DNA of 63,011 nt, filler included, from Phoronis australis (Eukaryota; Animalia; Phoronida), in NCBI GenBank assembly GCA_002633005.1. It is 7 parts of 7 records of this genome, joined end to end, with 100 filler letters (N's around TTAATTAATTAA, not from the genome) between each part and the next. Parts side by side here need not be neighbours in the genome. Positions count along the whole stretch, not along the records: positions 38,003 to 42,962 come from NMRA01002016.1; positions 43,063 to 59,316 come from NMRA01001512.1; 5 more parts are not named here. The stretch is one strand, 5' to 3'. Position numbers and translations under genes: made by a program. Shown piece after piece: positions 37,903 through 51,663 of the stretch (position 1 is its first letter; each line of letters opens with the position of its first letter). The notes beneath the pieces were generated by a model. That model did not search any database and had not been told where the DNA came from. It worked only from the letters and a program-made list of their open reading frames with translations.

Positions 37903-38499
37903 NNNNNNNNNNNNNNNNNNNNNNNNNNNNNNNNNNNNNNNNNNNNTTAATTAATTAANNNNNNNNNNNNNNNNNNNNNNNNNNNNNNNNNNNNNNNNNN
38001 NNACGAATAAAAGAATTATGCTGTACGTAGAATCACCTGTGTTTCTCTCGATTGTTCGCTGACACTGCGCCAGAACACAGGTAATGTCATTATTAATGAC
38101 ATGAAGCTGGACGCTGACGTCACAAACAATGAAATTATACCAACCATCAATAGTATTTAACACGGAAGTTTGACATGATGTGATAAAATTGTCATTGAGT
38201 TTTACAAGTAGGGTGATAAACAGTTGGTACTTGCTGTTTCATCTATATAACTGTTTTTTAAAAATGGACTGTTTCCAAACGAATAGATAAAACTTAATAA
38301 AGTACTAATAGGGCTGGGCCAATCTCCCTGAAAATTTCAGAACAATTTCGATCGTGCAAATCACAGCCAAAAGTTTCGAGAAAAATTATGCCAACTACTT
38401 CATAAGTAGTGTGAAAGAGAAAACGTTATTGCTATGCCTCAATCTGGGTCTAGGAAAGAGTACATGTACAATGTACAGTACAGTGGATCAAATATTTGA

Positions 38500-38960
38500 G
38501 TGATATACATTGATAATTAGATACTTGTCACGAGAGAATGGTAGATTCTGTTGTGCTTTTGGATTTTAAAGCAGCTTTTGATAGTATCTATAGATGTGTA
38601 TTATGTTTGAAATTAAAGAACAATCACATAGTAGGTGAGATGTATAGGAAAATCAAAACAATTTACACGGAAGTAAAAGCGTGCGTGAGATTGGATAATG
38701 GGAGCTATACGCTGTTCTTTCACTGTCAGAATTGTCTAAGACAAGTCTCTCAGCTATCACCGTTTCTGTTTATTTTGCATTATTTATAAGTGATTTAGTG
38801 CAAGAATTAAAATCTGGAGGCGGTGAAGAAATTTGCATGGGATCAGCTGATTTATTGCATTTGCTGTTTGCTGATGATTAGGTCACTTTCCAATAGTGGT
38901 TAGGGACTGCAGAAAAAATTGAGTGTTTTATGTGAGTATTGTCAGGGGAATATCCTCAAT
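38500..38960 (+). mobile_element. Decayed non-LTR RT fragment
   Basis: VLLDFKAAFDSI...KLK...IYTEVKACVR...LRQ...LSPFLF, then LLFADD after a frameshift. Confidence 0.85.
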
Positions 38961-39794
38961 AACCACAGGTTAGGTGTAACACAGAGAAATAGACTGATGT
39001 CTCGTAAGAAAAACATCCCAAAGTCGACAATATTCCATGAAAGCAAGTGAAAGAATTGCTTTGACTAGAATTACCCAAAACAAACTGGAGTGTGAAATAG
39101 AAAGTAACAGCTTAACAGTTTTATACCAGAAATATTGTTGGTTTTCATAGGAGGTTTGGAAGAAACATGACGTAACATTAAGATTCTCCTTAATCATCAA
39201 ATATTGGCTGACATTGTGATAACAGGTATTGAAACATCTGCTACATCTACCAACATAGTTTGATTGAACGAAATGTCACCTGTTGAGGAGGATTTGACGC
39301 TTTTACTGTTTAAGATTATCTTATTTAGCACGGCATGAGAAATTGTGTCAGTTGGGAGGAGCAGACATTTTTGAACATGAAATGCGAAATGCCTTTTGTT
39401 ATTACATGTAACAGATGAGACTATGCAGATACGTTATTTTTGTAATCTACTGCATTATTGTTGATATGGCTGCAGACGGAACATCACTTATTCCAGAATG
39501 CCGTCCTCCTCGGCCTACGGGGTGGTTTTGCCTTTTGATTTCGTAAAACTGTCGAATACTGTACCAACCTGTTCATCAGTCGGACCAGCATTTGCTACTA
39601 AAATTTGGTCAGGTGAACCCGCGGTCGCTCCTTCCGTGGCAGGATGTCGAACTTCAAAAGCACAGCCTTGCCTTTTTCGTTCCAGTTGCAGTTTCATGTG
39701 AATGTATGACCAGATGATAATAGTCTATCGTTACCATTGCACACTATTAACACGTGACAAACACGTTTTTGACCCACTGTCATTTATTGGGTAC

Positions 39795-39878
39795 CTTAAG
39801 GATAGTCTTCGTTCTCTCAACATCATCGTTGTCATTACTACAGTATTTCCCGCAGACGTCGAAAGCAGTTTTATTGTC
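39795..39878 (-). CDS. Possible phase-0 exon resembling the end of an ankyrin repeat
   Basis: tatgtttacag|GAC...AAG|gtaccc; 84 nt, DNKTAFDVCGKYCSNDNDDVERTKTILK (d.kTa.D motif). Confidence 0.35.
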
Positions 39879-40669
39879 CTGTAAACATAGACACACTTTT
39901 ATTTGTGATGGGCTACTGCTAAAACAGGAGTAAAATGATGGGACACAGCAAGAGGAAAATATGGCGGTAGAATTGTTGAACCCAAGCAATTATGACATGT
40001 GAGATCTGATAAACAAGTTTTACGTTTTGATTTAACTGGAATGGGCTTTTTCGTATAGTATGGAGAATAGCGACTTTGTACAACCACTCTCACCACGTAC
40101 ATGTACATGTAGGTACTTGGAGTCAAAAAATCGTCCTAGTCAACTTAAGGGCAAATGTCAACACTGGTGAAGTCTACTTCCCTTCCATCAAATCACTTTT
40201 TAACTGTAATGTCAAACCTAAAATGCAATGTTTTTGGATTCCTCAAAAATGAAAAATTGGATTCACGCCTCAAAACAGTGGCTGAGTTATTTCTGCAAAA
40301 TTGCGCCTTTTTGCACAGATCATGATTTTCACAAATCTTATGCGCAGATGACTACGCCATTCTTTATACGACTTATGTTCAAACCTCCAAAATATTCATT
40401 GTAGGCGCCACGTATTTTTGATAACACGACCACGAACTGCTTAATTTCAAACCAACTTGTATAAGACATCATCTTAGTTAGGCAGCTAATATTTCCGTTG
40501 TTTTACTTTAATCGAATACACATGCTACTTTAAGACCAGAATAGTATATGGACCATGTAGTTGAGGTGTGTAAAGCAGCGTGATGCGAAAACGCGCTTAA
40601 TAACTTGTCGCCAACAAGAACATCAAAATCATCATCAAATCATTAAAACGACTCAGGTTTTGGCGTTGG

Positions 40670-41080
40670 CCATCCCATAATTTGAGCATTCGAAATTAGC
40701 GCTAGTGTACTCATTGCCTTGAACTCGAGTTGACCATCCCATAATTTGAGCATTCGAAATAAGTGCAAGTGTACACATTGCTTCAACTCGAGTTGACCAT
40801 CCCATAAGTTGTGCATTCGAAATTAGCGCAAGTGTACTCACTGCCTTTAACTCGAGTTGACCACCCCATAAGTTGTGCATTCAAAAGTAGCGCAACTGTA
40901 CACATTGCCTTCAACTCGAGTTGACCATCCCATAAGTTGTGCATTCGAATTCAGTGCAAGTGTACTTATTGCCTTCAACTCGAGTTGACAATCCCGTACG
41001 TTGCGCATTCAAAAGTAACGCAAGTATACACATTGCCTTCAACTCGAGTTGATCATCCCATAAGTTACGCGTTCGAAAGT
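40670..41080. repeat. 64-bp tandem repeat, ~6.4 copies, each with the palindrome (tc)aactcgagtt(ga)
   Basis: Unit starts at 40671, 40735, 40798, 40862, 40926, 40990, 41054. Confidence 0.95.
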
Positions 41081-42095
41081 AAGGGATTTTACAAAAACGA
41101 TATAATACCAGTAATGCCCGCCAACTTGAATTTCGGTTTTAGCCTGATAAACAACGAGAAAGTTTGAGTGCCAATCGGAGTGTATCTGAATTTAGAGATT
41201 AGAAACCGTGGGCCACAGTGCAAGAGGTAAGTTTTCTTGGAATTTTATTTTTATAAAAAAGTTAAACAACTACAAAAATCGTGACGATCAACTTCAAAAT
41301 CCGCTGTTTCCATTGATTTAAATGTACCAAGCGAACCAGAGGGGTAAGTGGATATTTCGTGGGATATTTCTTAACATCCTATTACCTTTCTTGTAAACTT
41401 CACACTTTATTCGAATTCTCAAAATATTTGTGTTCGAATTGAAATATAAACTGGAGGCCAAAGACTGCCAAGTAGGACTTAGTAAGTCTGTGGCCACTTT
41501 TGGATCTAACACGTTTGAGAGGGAATGTAGGGAATATCAACGGGCCGTCTGAGTTTTGACTGCGACATAAATCGAAGCACTACTTGTCAGTGTCCAAGTC
41601 CGCTTCGTATAATGTACGAGTGATCAAAATTGTTATATAATACAAAGCAGTGACTATAATCTCGGGTGGAAATGGTGGAATTGCCTTTACACTCTAGCAA
41701 CATTGTACGATCCTCTGGACCCCAATCGGGGAAATAGACAAACAAGCAATACCCAAATGTGGCAATAACTCGCCTATGTGCGATTAATTTCTTTCACAAA
41801 TCAATTCACAATGTTTCATGCAAGTTGACAAAACACCTATTTGCCAATCTGGAACATGAGGCTAGTGGGTCCTAGCTAGAGTTTATAGTGGAACACCCGT
41901 GGAATAGTTTTCACCTGCAGATCATAGGAATTGTTTTCTAAATCCATCAACAGATTATTTGAAACTGGCTAAGGAGGGTCTCCCCAACTGTTAAAACGGA
42001 TGGAACTACATTTAAGTATATTTTTATGGGTCAGTTTCCAACTCAGCGGTGAATATGGGAGAATTGTCCCTTTATCAAGGTGTTTGACTAAAAGC

Positions 42096-42277
42096 TCAGG
42101 AGGTCTTGAAGACCCACTGCAGTTTGTTCGGGACCCAGAAGACTCGATTAACAGAAAAACGAACAGTCTGCGTTCTCACACAGAGCCCACTGTTTGCCGT
42201 ATTCTGGTATTTTTCAATCAGATCTGTCATTTGCATTGGGACAAGATGTCTGCTGAGATCTGCAAGTATTGGTTGAG
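42096..42277 (-). CDS. Unidentified minus-strand gene X, terminal coding exon
   Basis: aaactgctag|CT, phase 1; QPILADLSRHLVPMQMTDLIEKYQ...WVFKTS*. Confidence 0.55.
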
Positions 42278-42702
42278 CTAGCAGTTTAGCAAGTAAAGTT
42301 AAAGGCATCATTATATCCACCAACTTCTAAACAAATATATTTGCCTGGGTCAGAAAAGTGCAAGAAGAAAATCGACATCATAAAAAAATGTAATGTAATC
42401 TGTTTGTTCAAAGAAAAATGCACAAATATTCCACATGTGCTAGAAATCGATCATCCACCTTAAAGTATTATTTAACGATTGATATATTTCCAGTACTTTT
42501 CATTTAACAATAAATTTTAACACACGTCATCGTTTACCAATTTGTTACAGAGCAGTCAATCTCGCTAAGGAAATGTTTCCAATTTACTCCTGTCCATGTC
42601 GGCTGGTAGAAATCAATTAGAAGCTACAGAATTGTAAGCATTCGCTGGGCGATAACAACACCGCCAGGTGAACTGTTCTACAGTTAACGAATCAATGCTA
42701 TT

Positions 42703-42962
42703 GCGAATGAATAATTGGAAATAGTTATACATGAATCGAAGGTTTGCGAATGAGTAATTGGAAATAGTTATACATGAATCGAAGGTTTGCGAATGAGTAA
42801 TTGGAAATAGTTATACATGAATCGAAGGTTTGCGAATGAATAATTGGAAATAGTTATACATGAATCGAAGGTTTGCGAATGAGTAATTGGAAATAGTTAT
42901 ACATGAATCGAAGGTTTGCGAATGAGTAATTGGAAATAGTTATACATGAATCGAAGGTTTGC
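42703..42962. repeat. 43-bp tandem repeat, 6 near-identical copies running into a gap
   Basis: Unit gcgaatgagtaattggaaatagttatacatgaatcgaaggttt. Confidence 0.95.
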
Positions 42963-43098
42963 NNNNNNNNNNNNNNNNNNNNNNNNNNNNNNNNNNNNNN
43001 NNNNNNTTAATTAATTAANNNNNNNNNNNNNNNNNNNNNNNNNNNNNNNNNNNNNNNNNNNNCAATTTTGGCCACCAACCATACAAGACTGGTCTTAC

Positions 43099-43351
43099 TT
43101 TGTTCCTTCCAGATAAGAAGTGATTTCTGAACTTGGGGGAAACTGGCACATAAAATGATTTCAGGGGTCAAGGCAACTTGTCGACCAAAATGCCAAGAAC
43201 AGCTTTTTGTCAGAAGGTAGGTTAGTGGCTGCTTAACACTCAACATGTTGGACCAGCTCAACTTTCTTTTGTCAAAATATTCACAATGTATTAAGTACAA
43301 TAACTTGGGTGTCCACATGCAGAGTGACATACTTAATGTGCACATATCATG
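43099..43351 (-). CDS. Gene X internal exon
   Basis: aattttatag|CAT...CAAA|gtaaga; 253 nt, phase 0 to 1, open (HDMCTLSMSLCMWTPKLLYLIHCEYFD...SLLIWKEQ). Confidence 0.6.
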
Positions 43352-44285
43352 CTATAAAATTTAAACGGAAACTGTATTTTATTCTGAGTAGATTTTGCAT
43401 AGTTTTGTATGATTTGTTGGTTACTTTCACTAAATTCAACAGCAAAAAGTAAACTGATATCTTTTAATGAAACTCAAAAAATTGGTTCCGAGTTCCACAA
43501 CCACCTGATAGTAGATACTTGCTAAGAAAACAATTTAATTAATACAAAAAACTCAACCAGATAACAAGGGATCTGTAGTATTATTATTAAAGGTAACATA
43601 AAAAATGATGCTTTCCCTTCAAGATTGAAAAATTCTGGCATTTAGTTGACATACTCATAACTTGAGAAAGGTTTACAACACTTCAATATACAAACCATCA
43701 TGTGAAGAGCATCCATTCGGACAACCATGTTTTTGTGCATAAGCGATGGATTGTTTTTTGACTCGTAAATCTGAAAGGATTAAAGGGCAGTAAAGTACTA
43801 GTGACAACAAAAAAAAAAACAAGGAAACACGAAAGAAGCAAAGACAATTATCATGAAAAAATCCCCAGATTGGGACATTCTCTAAAACGTGGAACACTGG
43901 AATTAAAGTTAAAATTGAATTTTCTCGATTCCAAAGATTGGGATCTTGGCGATTTTGATATTCATTATATCGGACAGTGTGATATATATCAAAAGAGTCA
44001 GGAAATACACTTGGCAGTTCAAAAAAATCATGAAAACTAGCCACCAATGCAACGTTAAATCATAGTTTGTAATAATATCTCAAGTGAATCACTAATTATT
44101 TATTGTAATCGTAATTCCTGATATAGTAAAAGCAAATATTGCCTATTTTTAATATTTGGTACAAGCACAAAAATATTTCTTTTGGCGTCTCACTGCTTTT
44201 GTCACGGATTACTACAACAATCAAAAATACGTAGCCTGTAAAAAGTATGTCAGCAATCAAAGGAACCACCATGGAAGCTTTAGCT

Positions 44286-46725
44286 TACCGTAAACGTTCG
44301 CCCCTACTTTAGGTGGATTTTCGATTTAACCGCCCACTGCTCGGTTAAGCGCCCCCCTGCGATCTTTGAAGATTTCCAGTTAAGCGCCCACCTCTCGGTT
44401 AAGCGCCCACCTCTCGGTTAAGCGCCCATCCCCCACTTTTAAAGAATGAAGATTTAGCGCCCAGTGCTAAGGAAACGTGCGATTTCCCGACTTTAAGAAA
44501 AAGATCGATGATCACAAAGAGCGCAACGACGCCGGGCTTCCGAGACGGTGGTTTAGCAATGTGAATTACAATTCAAGTAACGAGTTATTGTCTTGGGTCA
44601 TGGACTCACTTCAAAATATAATACTTGAACGTTTTTGTCACTTTATTTTCTTCCCATGTTTGCAAAGTTTAAGAACGCCGCCGGCGTCAAAACCTCCGCT
44701 TTCAGCGACTTTGTCTGCCGCGCTGAGTTTCCATCTGTAGTGCACAAGATAAAACATATATTCGAAAAAATCAGGCCAGAGAAATGTGACCATGGTTTTG
44801 CCAACCCTCCAAATTCTATTAAGGTGGGAAGCTCTCGTATTTTGAACAAATCGCACAACTCACGGAAAGATGTCAAATTCTCAATATTTTGATGAATGTA
44901 ACTGCCGGGTTATAGAGGATGTGTGGCGATCGAAGGGACAGTACAAGTGCCTTACTGGGTTACCGATTTCGTTGCTGCCTATCGATTTCTGAATTCAAAG
45001 GTTGACAATAATGTATGTTTGTGTATGATCTTGAGGTAATAAAAAACTGCTAGTCAAATTTTGTTTTTCGCGTATTGCATCTCAGTCAAACTGGCGTTAG
45101 CAGATTTAACTAATGTCGCTGGCTGTTTACTATTTCTTGCGTCAGCCCCCACGTAAGCGTGACTGTGTGAATTATCGTTTCCACATCCCCTTTTTAGCCA
45201 TCCAGAATAATTTTGTTTATACATTGGCCAGTTTCAGCCTGAACAAAAATTCTTACCATTCTAGTCTGAAATATCTACGACGTAGACTGACTGAAAATTG
45301 GCGATAGTGGGTAAGAGATGCACGCAGCTAGCTACGGGCATGGGCTTAGGGAACATCGAGCCGGGAAATATCGGAATTGACTTGACATCGCAGTTTTGGG
45401 GAACATTGGCAATGGAGGAACATCGTAAAGAATTGGGTCTTTTGTAGCAACAGCTTAAAAGTACATAGTCACGCCCGTTTTTGATACTTAGGACTGTCGC
45501 TATTCTCTTTGGCGACTTTGTTGTGGTGCACGTGCGCAAGTTCCCACACTTTGGAGTGCATGTTACCTTGACACCAACATGTGATTGACAGGTGACTCAC
45601 ACGTAGGCCCTACGTGCGTGCTGAATCCCGCCGCTATCTTTTGCCATAAAAAAACGAGGTGCATATATCGAAAGAGGCCGTTATATTACTTGACGGCATT
45701 TATAAATCACGATTGTCAGCCGACTGAGACATTGCGCGCTAACAGCCTGACCGAACAGTGCCGCAATGCGATTTTGCAAGTGATATAAATAGGATAATCT
45801 GGACATCCTGCATGAAAAATAAATGTTTTTCCACCACGAAGTTTGGTAAGGTGATCGTTTAAGAATGAATTGAAACATCGCTGTTTTGTGGCGTGTTTAT
45901 CACATATTTATGCCGTGGCTCGAAATTTTATTGTTGATTGACGAGTGGCTCACTCTGATTCTTGTCTTAGGCCTACTTCTTTGCCGAGCATGTTTGGCGC
46001 AACGGCAAGTGAGCAATGCCGGGCGGTCGAGATAAAAAAGCTAGCCGCAGAACCATACGCTGAAAATGTCATTGAGTCACGGAGTGTCAACATCCCAAAC
46101 ACAAAAAACATCTGAGTTAAGTTTATCAAACTTTTATTACAACTAATTTTAAAACTGCTCTCTGACTATGAACTTGGCAGCTAGTACGAGACTGTAACCA
46201 TAAATTTGATATCTGCTGTGACCTCTGCAACAAGTGAAGCTTGCACGCGCGCACTTAAGCAAGGTCACGTGTTGAAATATTTGCAATCCAAGTAGAGGCT
46301 GCGTGGTCTCTGGTCGTCTGCGCTGCGCAGGGCAAAGTAACAAGACCGTGGGACGGCACGGGGCTATTACTCAGCAATTCTGTAAATTTAATAGAGTGAA
46401 TAACTAATGTGAGGGCAATAGAACCTTTGTTGGGATCATCCGCTGTTATGACATTTCCCCGTCATGTGGCGACGTGACGATAACGCTCTTTGAAAAGTGC
46501 TACGCGTTCCGGGTGCGTGTGTGGTGTGGGGACTTAGATCACGAGGTAAGATTAACCGCCCAGGGCGGTTGCCTGTCGTAATAAGCGCCCATGTTCGGTT
46601 AACCGCCCACCCTGGATTTCTTGAAATTTCACGTTTAAGCGCCCATGTCTGGTTAACCCCCCACCCCCGATTTTTTGGGTTTGCCAATTTAACCGCCCAG
46701 GGCGTTAACCCGAACGTTTACGGTA
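44286..46725 (+). mobile_element. Non-autonomous Tc1/mariner-pogo-type DNA transposon, copy 1
   Basis: TA|ccgtaaacgttcg ... cgaacgtttacgg|TA terminal inverted repeats with TA flanks; multiple subterminal ttaagcgccc/ttaaccgccc repeats; no intact transposase. Confidence 0.85.
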
Positions 46726-48676
46726 TTACATTCTTGCTTCATACACTTTGGCAAGAAAGTGGGCTATGATGTGATGATGTGTTCTACACCTGAACACTTA
46801 GGCTGACACCAGGTCGTTAATTGCGACTTTGCAAAAATCGTCAGGTCACCAAACTAAATCTGGGGTCTCAAAAACCGATGTCAAGATTGGCAACTCAAAA
46901 GATCATGTTGTCTCAAATGTTTACCCATAACTCTTCTATTTTCTCCCCATAACATGAATACACCATTCAATTCAGACAGTCACATACACTGGAGGCTCGT
47001 GTTTTATGGGTCAGTCTAACCTGACTTTTTGTTGACTTATTTCCACTTCTGTTTGTTTACTTTCGGTAGTAATTTAACCGCATCTTTGATGTGTGCCGAC
47101 TGCTGAAGGTGGCAAATGCACTGATTTCATGAAATAGTGAACCAAATGTACTGAATCTAGGAAAAGTGTTGGTAGTTTAAACCTTCGGAGACACCACAAA
47201 TTTTGAAAGGAATTTCAGGAGAATTATTGTCAGACTTTGATACTCGTGGTAGAGCAGTGTGGCGGCTGCGGTTTCTTCCCAGGTCGCCAAACACAAAGCT
47301 GCATTAGTGACCTGCAAGTGGCCAAATAAAGCATTGGTGAACCTGAGGTCCAAAGCATACAGTAATATCTCACTAATGTTGGATACAAATAAATGTCAAA
47401 ATGACCCATTCTTGACTATACAAGACAGTGCTTCTAACATTGTTATGAATGGTCACATTTTTTGAAAACATCGTTTGAGGGTAGCCATGGCATAAAACTT
47501 GAACATGGAAAAGATAAAATAAAATTTCACTTGTCAGCCCTATTGTGTCCTAGCTAAATGGGCAAGTATGCACATTTATTTATTTATTTATTATTGTGAT
47601 ATTTAAAATGAGGGTGGCCTCTTCAGTGATAGCACTGCTTTCCAAGAGGGCACCTGTGCTGGCACCTGTGGGGAGAGAAGGCATCAAACTGCAAAATGGA
47701 CAGATACCCCTGCAGCAACGGCAATCAGCTCATACATTAGTGAGGTTTTAAAAGCATCGTTCCAGGTCTGTGTTTTAATGTGCCTAGGGATTACTTAAAC
47801 CTGTCAGAAAAGTGTGCCATTATGAAAAAAGAAAATGGGCCGCTTTGTGCTGATTGAATATAGAACTGAGGCACGCCACATTATCCTGGTTGCTAATGTA
47901 ACACATAACTAACACCTGATAACTGCCTAAAACCCGCAAAAATTCAAGATTATTTTCCATAGACACAAAGAGTGCTCCTGCTGAATCCATACTGTTGTTT
48001 TATCATAAAAATTATAGACTTGTTGATTGGAAGTAAGTTTTAATTTTGTGACTTTGTCTAGTTGGCTGATTTTCTACAAACAAGGAGCATGTTCGGAAAA
48101 AGCATTTTTGGAGCAAAACATCAAATTCAAATATATGCCAGAGCTATACAAAATATACACCAGATCATGTGTTGAACAGTGTCAAATATACGAAAGAGTG
48201 CGTCAATACAGCACTCACTCTCTAAATGTGCAAATCGCAGGACTGCACCTCCAATAATATACTACCATTTTCAGGAGCCTTTTTGTGAACAAGATTTCTT
48301 CCAAATGAAAATTTTATAATGTAGAGGAATCCACTGCGATTATTTTTTAGTAAGTTAATCAAAATGTAAACCTTTAATCGGGACATGCGCTAAGCGTATT
48401 GTCAGAAATTCTTCCTGTAGACTAGCTCATCCACAAACATGCTTCATAATTGACACGTGTTCATAAATTCACAATAGAAGTAAACTACATTAAAAGTGAC
48501 CCAATATTTAATTCTGCACTGCCAGCTTTGTTCCATCCTCCATTATAAAAGCAGCTGAACAAACCACAGTAGTTTCAGAAGCTTTTTCTAATTTGTAAAT
48601 AAGATGATGAGTGAAAGAACAATTACGTTTACATTATTTACACATACCAAACTTGTTGACATCATTAACTTCATAC

Positions 48677-48853
48677 CTTCTCATACTTAAGACCCAATTC
48701 TTTGTAAACATTCTTGATAGATTTACTGTCTGAGAACTCTAGCGTCTTTTTGTAGTCCTTCATTCGATTGGCCAAGGCCTCAAAGGACACAGACTTTTCC
48801 AGGAACTCCTTGCTGCATTTGTTCAATGCTTCCATCAAACCCTGTTGGGAGGA
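48677..48853 (-). CDS. Gene X internal exon
   Basis: tttttattatag|TCC...AAG|gtatga; 177 nt, phase 0 to 0; SSQQGLMEALNKCSKEFLEKSVSFEALANRMKDYKKTLEFSDSKSIKNVYKELGLKYEK. Confidence 0.7.
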
Positions 48854-50935
48854 CTATAATAAAAACAAATGAAAGTAAGTTTTGTACAACAGAAATTCTA
48901 ACTTAATTTTGTTTCCAAGTACAGAATAAACTGATTTGAATTGACCTCTTGCCAGTCAGTAAGTACAAACAAAGTACTAACTATAAAGCAAATGCAAGGG
49001 ACCCTCAGTCTCAGGATGCATGATTTGTAACCAAACAAACATAATTTCACACTGTAATGTGTGATATTAAGCTTGATTAACCAACTTTCAGGAACTTACG
49101 TAAAGTATAAAGAAAGCCTAAACTGTCACCAGGATACACGACATGACCCAAAACCAATGTCACCTGTACTTTTGAGGATCTATAGTACAGACACAGACAA
49201 TTGTCACTAGGAGTGCCACAGACGTGTGACCCATAACAAAATAAACAATCAGATTTTCTCATTTTAATAAGAACAAAAACATCTGCTTAATTTCATAATG
49301 ACCCTTAAAGCGGCTTGGCGGATAGAAAGACTATGCCAAAAACAGACATTGCTAAATAATTATGGTAATTAGGGGGTGCAGAATGTATTGAATCTGATCA
49401 AAGATGGATGGCGTTGTCTCTTTAATAGAAAACTATTCACCAAATTCAATGAATATTATCCAGGAATTTGGAAGATACAGAGGCATAGCCCACCAAAAAA
49501 GGAAAATCTAATTTGCCACGAGGGAACACTACAGTTTGAGTGTCAGACGTGATCCAAAATCAATGCCAGCCGTACTCTCAAATGAAATCCATATACCAAT
49601 CACATAAAGTTCCATCAGGGGCCTGGCAGATATTGAGGAACAGGCAAAAAACAAACTATGGGGCAACCCAGCAATTAGACTCATCCAAAAATCAATGTCA
49701 GCCAAGCTCATGAAAATGACCACTAGGGATGAAAACAGTTTGAACCCACCTGAAAATGAGAATGCGTTGTTACGCATGACTGAACCATAAATGGTATGCT
49801 TTTGTTTACCAGTGTCAAACCTGCCTGAAAATGGGAAAGTGTCGCTGTCTCCCTAATAAAAATCTATCCACAAAATTTTATGAAAACTTGTTAAGGAACT
49901 CGAAAAAATAGAAGCAAAAATAGAAAATGAAATTTCCCNCATGGCTTGAATTAGTTCCCCTCACTGGTTGGGCACCAGAGGAAGGTGGCTCAAATGGCTA
50001 CAAAACAGAAGTGCTAAGGCCATATTTAATCTGGCAACTGTAAAGCATATTTTTTGCACTAAGTGGAAAATAGCCTAAGAAACATACCAGGACCGTTAAA
50101 GTAAGCCTTGTTACAGACTAACATGCATTACCTACTTCCTTTACAAAACTCACATATTGCAGGCTTTGCCTACCATAATTATCACGTAAGTGTAAGGCCT
50201 GTTGCACAAGCAGAAATACTTGTGTCGTTCTGCAATAATCCCCAATATAATACAATACATTATGTGAACAATGTATACAGACTATTAAAAACAATTTTGT
50301 AATCAAATAGTATAGCCAAGCTCAATCCACTTAATGTCAGTAACAGATAGAATGGGTATTGTACGCTCACAAAGGGTGTGTATTTGTTGTCACTTGAATG
50401 TTGTTGAAAAAGAAATTCAATTTTTGTGATTGTGTCCTGTACGAAACGATCCTCGGCAAAAATTCAAACGTCCTATCAGAAAATAATATCATCGACAGTG
50501 TAATTTGTAAACATAATGAAAACAAACAATATAAAAGAGTTCAGGAAGCAGAGTGTAAATTTTTATTAAAATCTCAAGACAAACAGGAATCAATTGTTCA
50601 ATTGTTATTTTTTGAAATTCATCCTGGTACGGGAATTGGGGATAGTTAGGCCTATAAAAGATCTTTAACCCTGCCGCATAGCGTCTAAAGCCGCGCACCG
50701 TACCAGTGACTGCTGGCAACTCATCGGGACTCAACTTTCCTTCGCCGCAGAGATAACAACTCTTGGGCTGTCTCCGGTGAGTCCATTCTTTGTTGAATGA
50801 TGTTTAGATAAATTGTGTAAATCATTGTTTATATATTATACTTTATTATATGGGCCAGTGGCCTTATTACTTGAAATAAACTGATAAATCTTAACTGTTC
50901 TCTCATTTTGCTCCCTATTATCTTACAGTACTTAC

Positions 50936-51041
50936 CTCCCCTGAAGGCGTGATCACAATGTTGTGAATGATTGGTTGAAAATGTTGAAAGTTCTTGAACA
51001 ATTTTCCAAAGACTTTCTGCTTTTCGATTGGCATGGATGTT
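50936..51041 (-). CDS. Gene X exon
   Basis: aaattttcag|A...GAG|gtaagt; 106 nt, phase 2 to 0; TSMPIEKQKVFGKLFKNFQHFQPIIHNIVITPSGE. Confidence 0.65.
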
Positions 51042-51663
51042 CTGAAAATTTGCAATTTAAGCACAATAACTCAGAAATAAGTGACAAGAGCAACAAAAAG
51101 CATTGATAAGCGGCCAGTGTGAGTATTGCAAATGGCAAATATATAAAGGATGCTCATTTTTTACACTTAGACTAAAGCAGACTTTTAACTTGATCAATAT
51201 AGATAATGCCACAAAGAAAACTAAAAAATGACCACCACTGGGCACTGTAGCAGTTGGATTCTTACAATAATCACTTTCAACTTAATACAAATTCATCAGC
51301 CTAGATGATTCATCAAGTGATTTGACAAACAGGGAAGAGGAACCTTCTCACACACACCATACATATTAAACAATAGTTCATACAAGTCATGAGAATCCAA
51401 ACAATTCAAAATGACGTTTGGAGCAGGAAACCTTACTCAAGGGTTCAGCAGTGTGGTCTAGTGGAATTTGAACACACAATCTTTAAATTGGAACGCCGTA
51501 ACTCTAGTGCTGTTTTTAATCAAAAATGCTGAATTCCAAAAAAATTCAAGCTTTCAGGAACAATTCGTGAAGACATGAGATAAATGTGATTAAAACCCAC
51601 TGGTAGTCAAAATTCAAGGAATTGTGGTAACATTCAAATCCCATTGGACAATGAAGCCCATAC

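Noticed and set aside
40670-41080. 64-bp period with a palindrome, similar to CRISPR repeat+spacer length
   Set aside because: The whole unit is homologous between copies, so there are no unique spacers; it is a minisatellite.
44477-44892. Overlapping ORFs inside the DNA transposon as a transposase
   Set aside because: No HTH or DDE motif recognisable, and the frames are not obviously preserved in the second copy.
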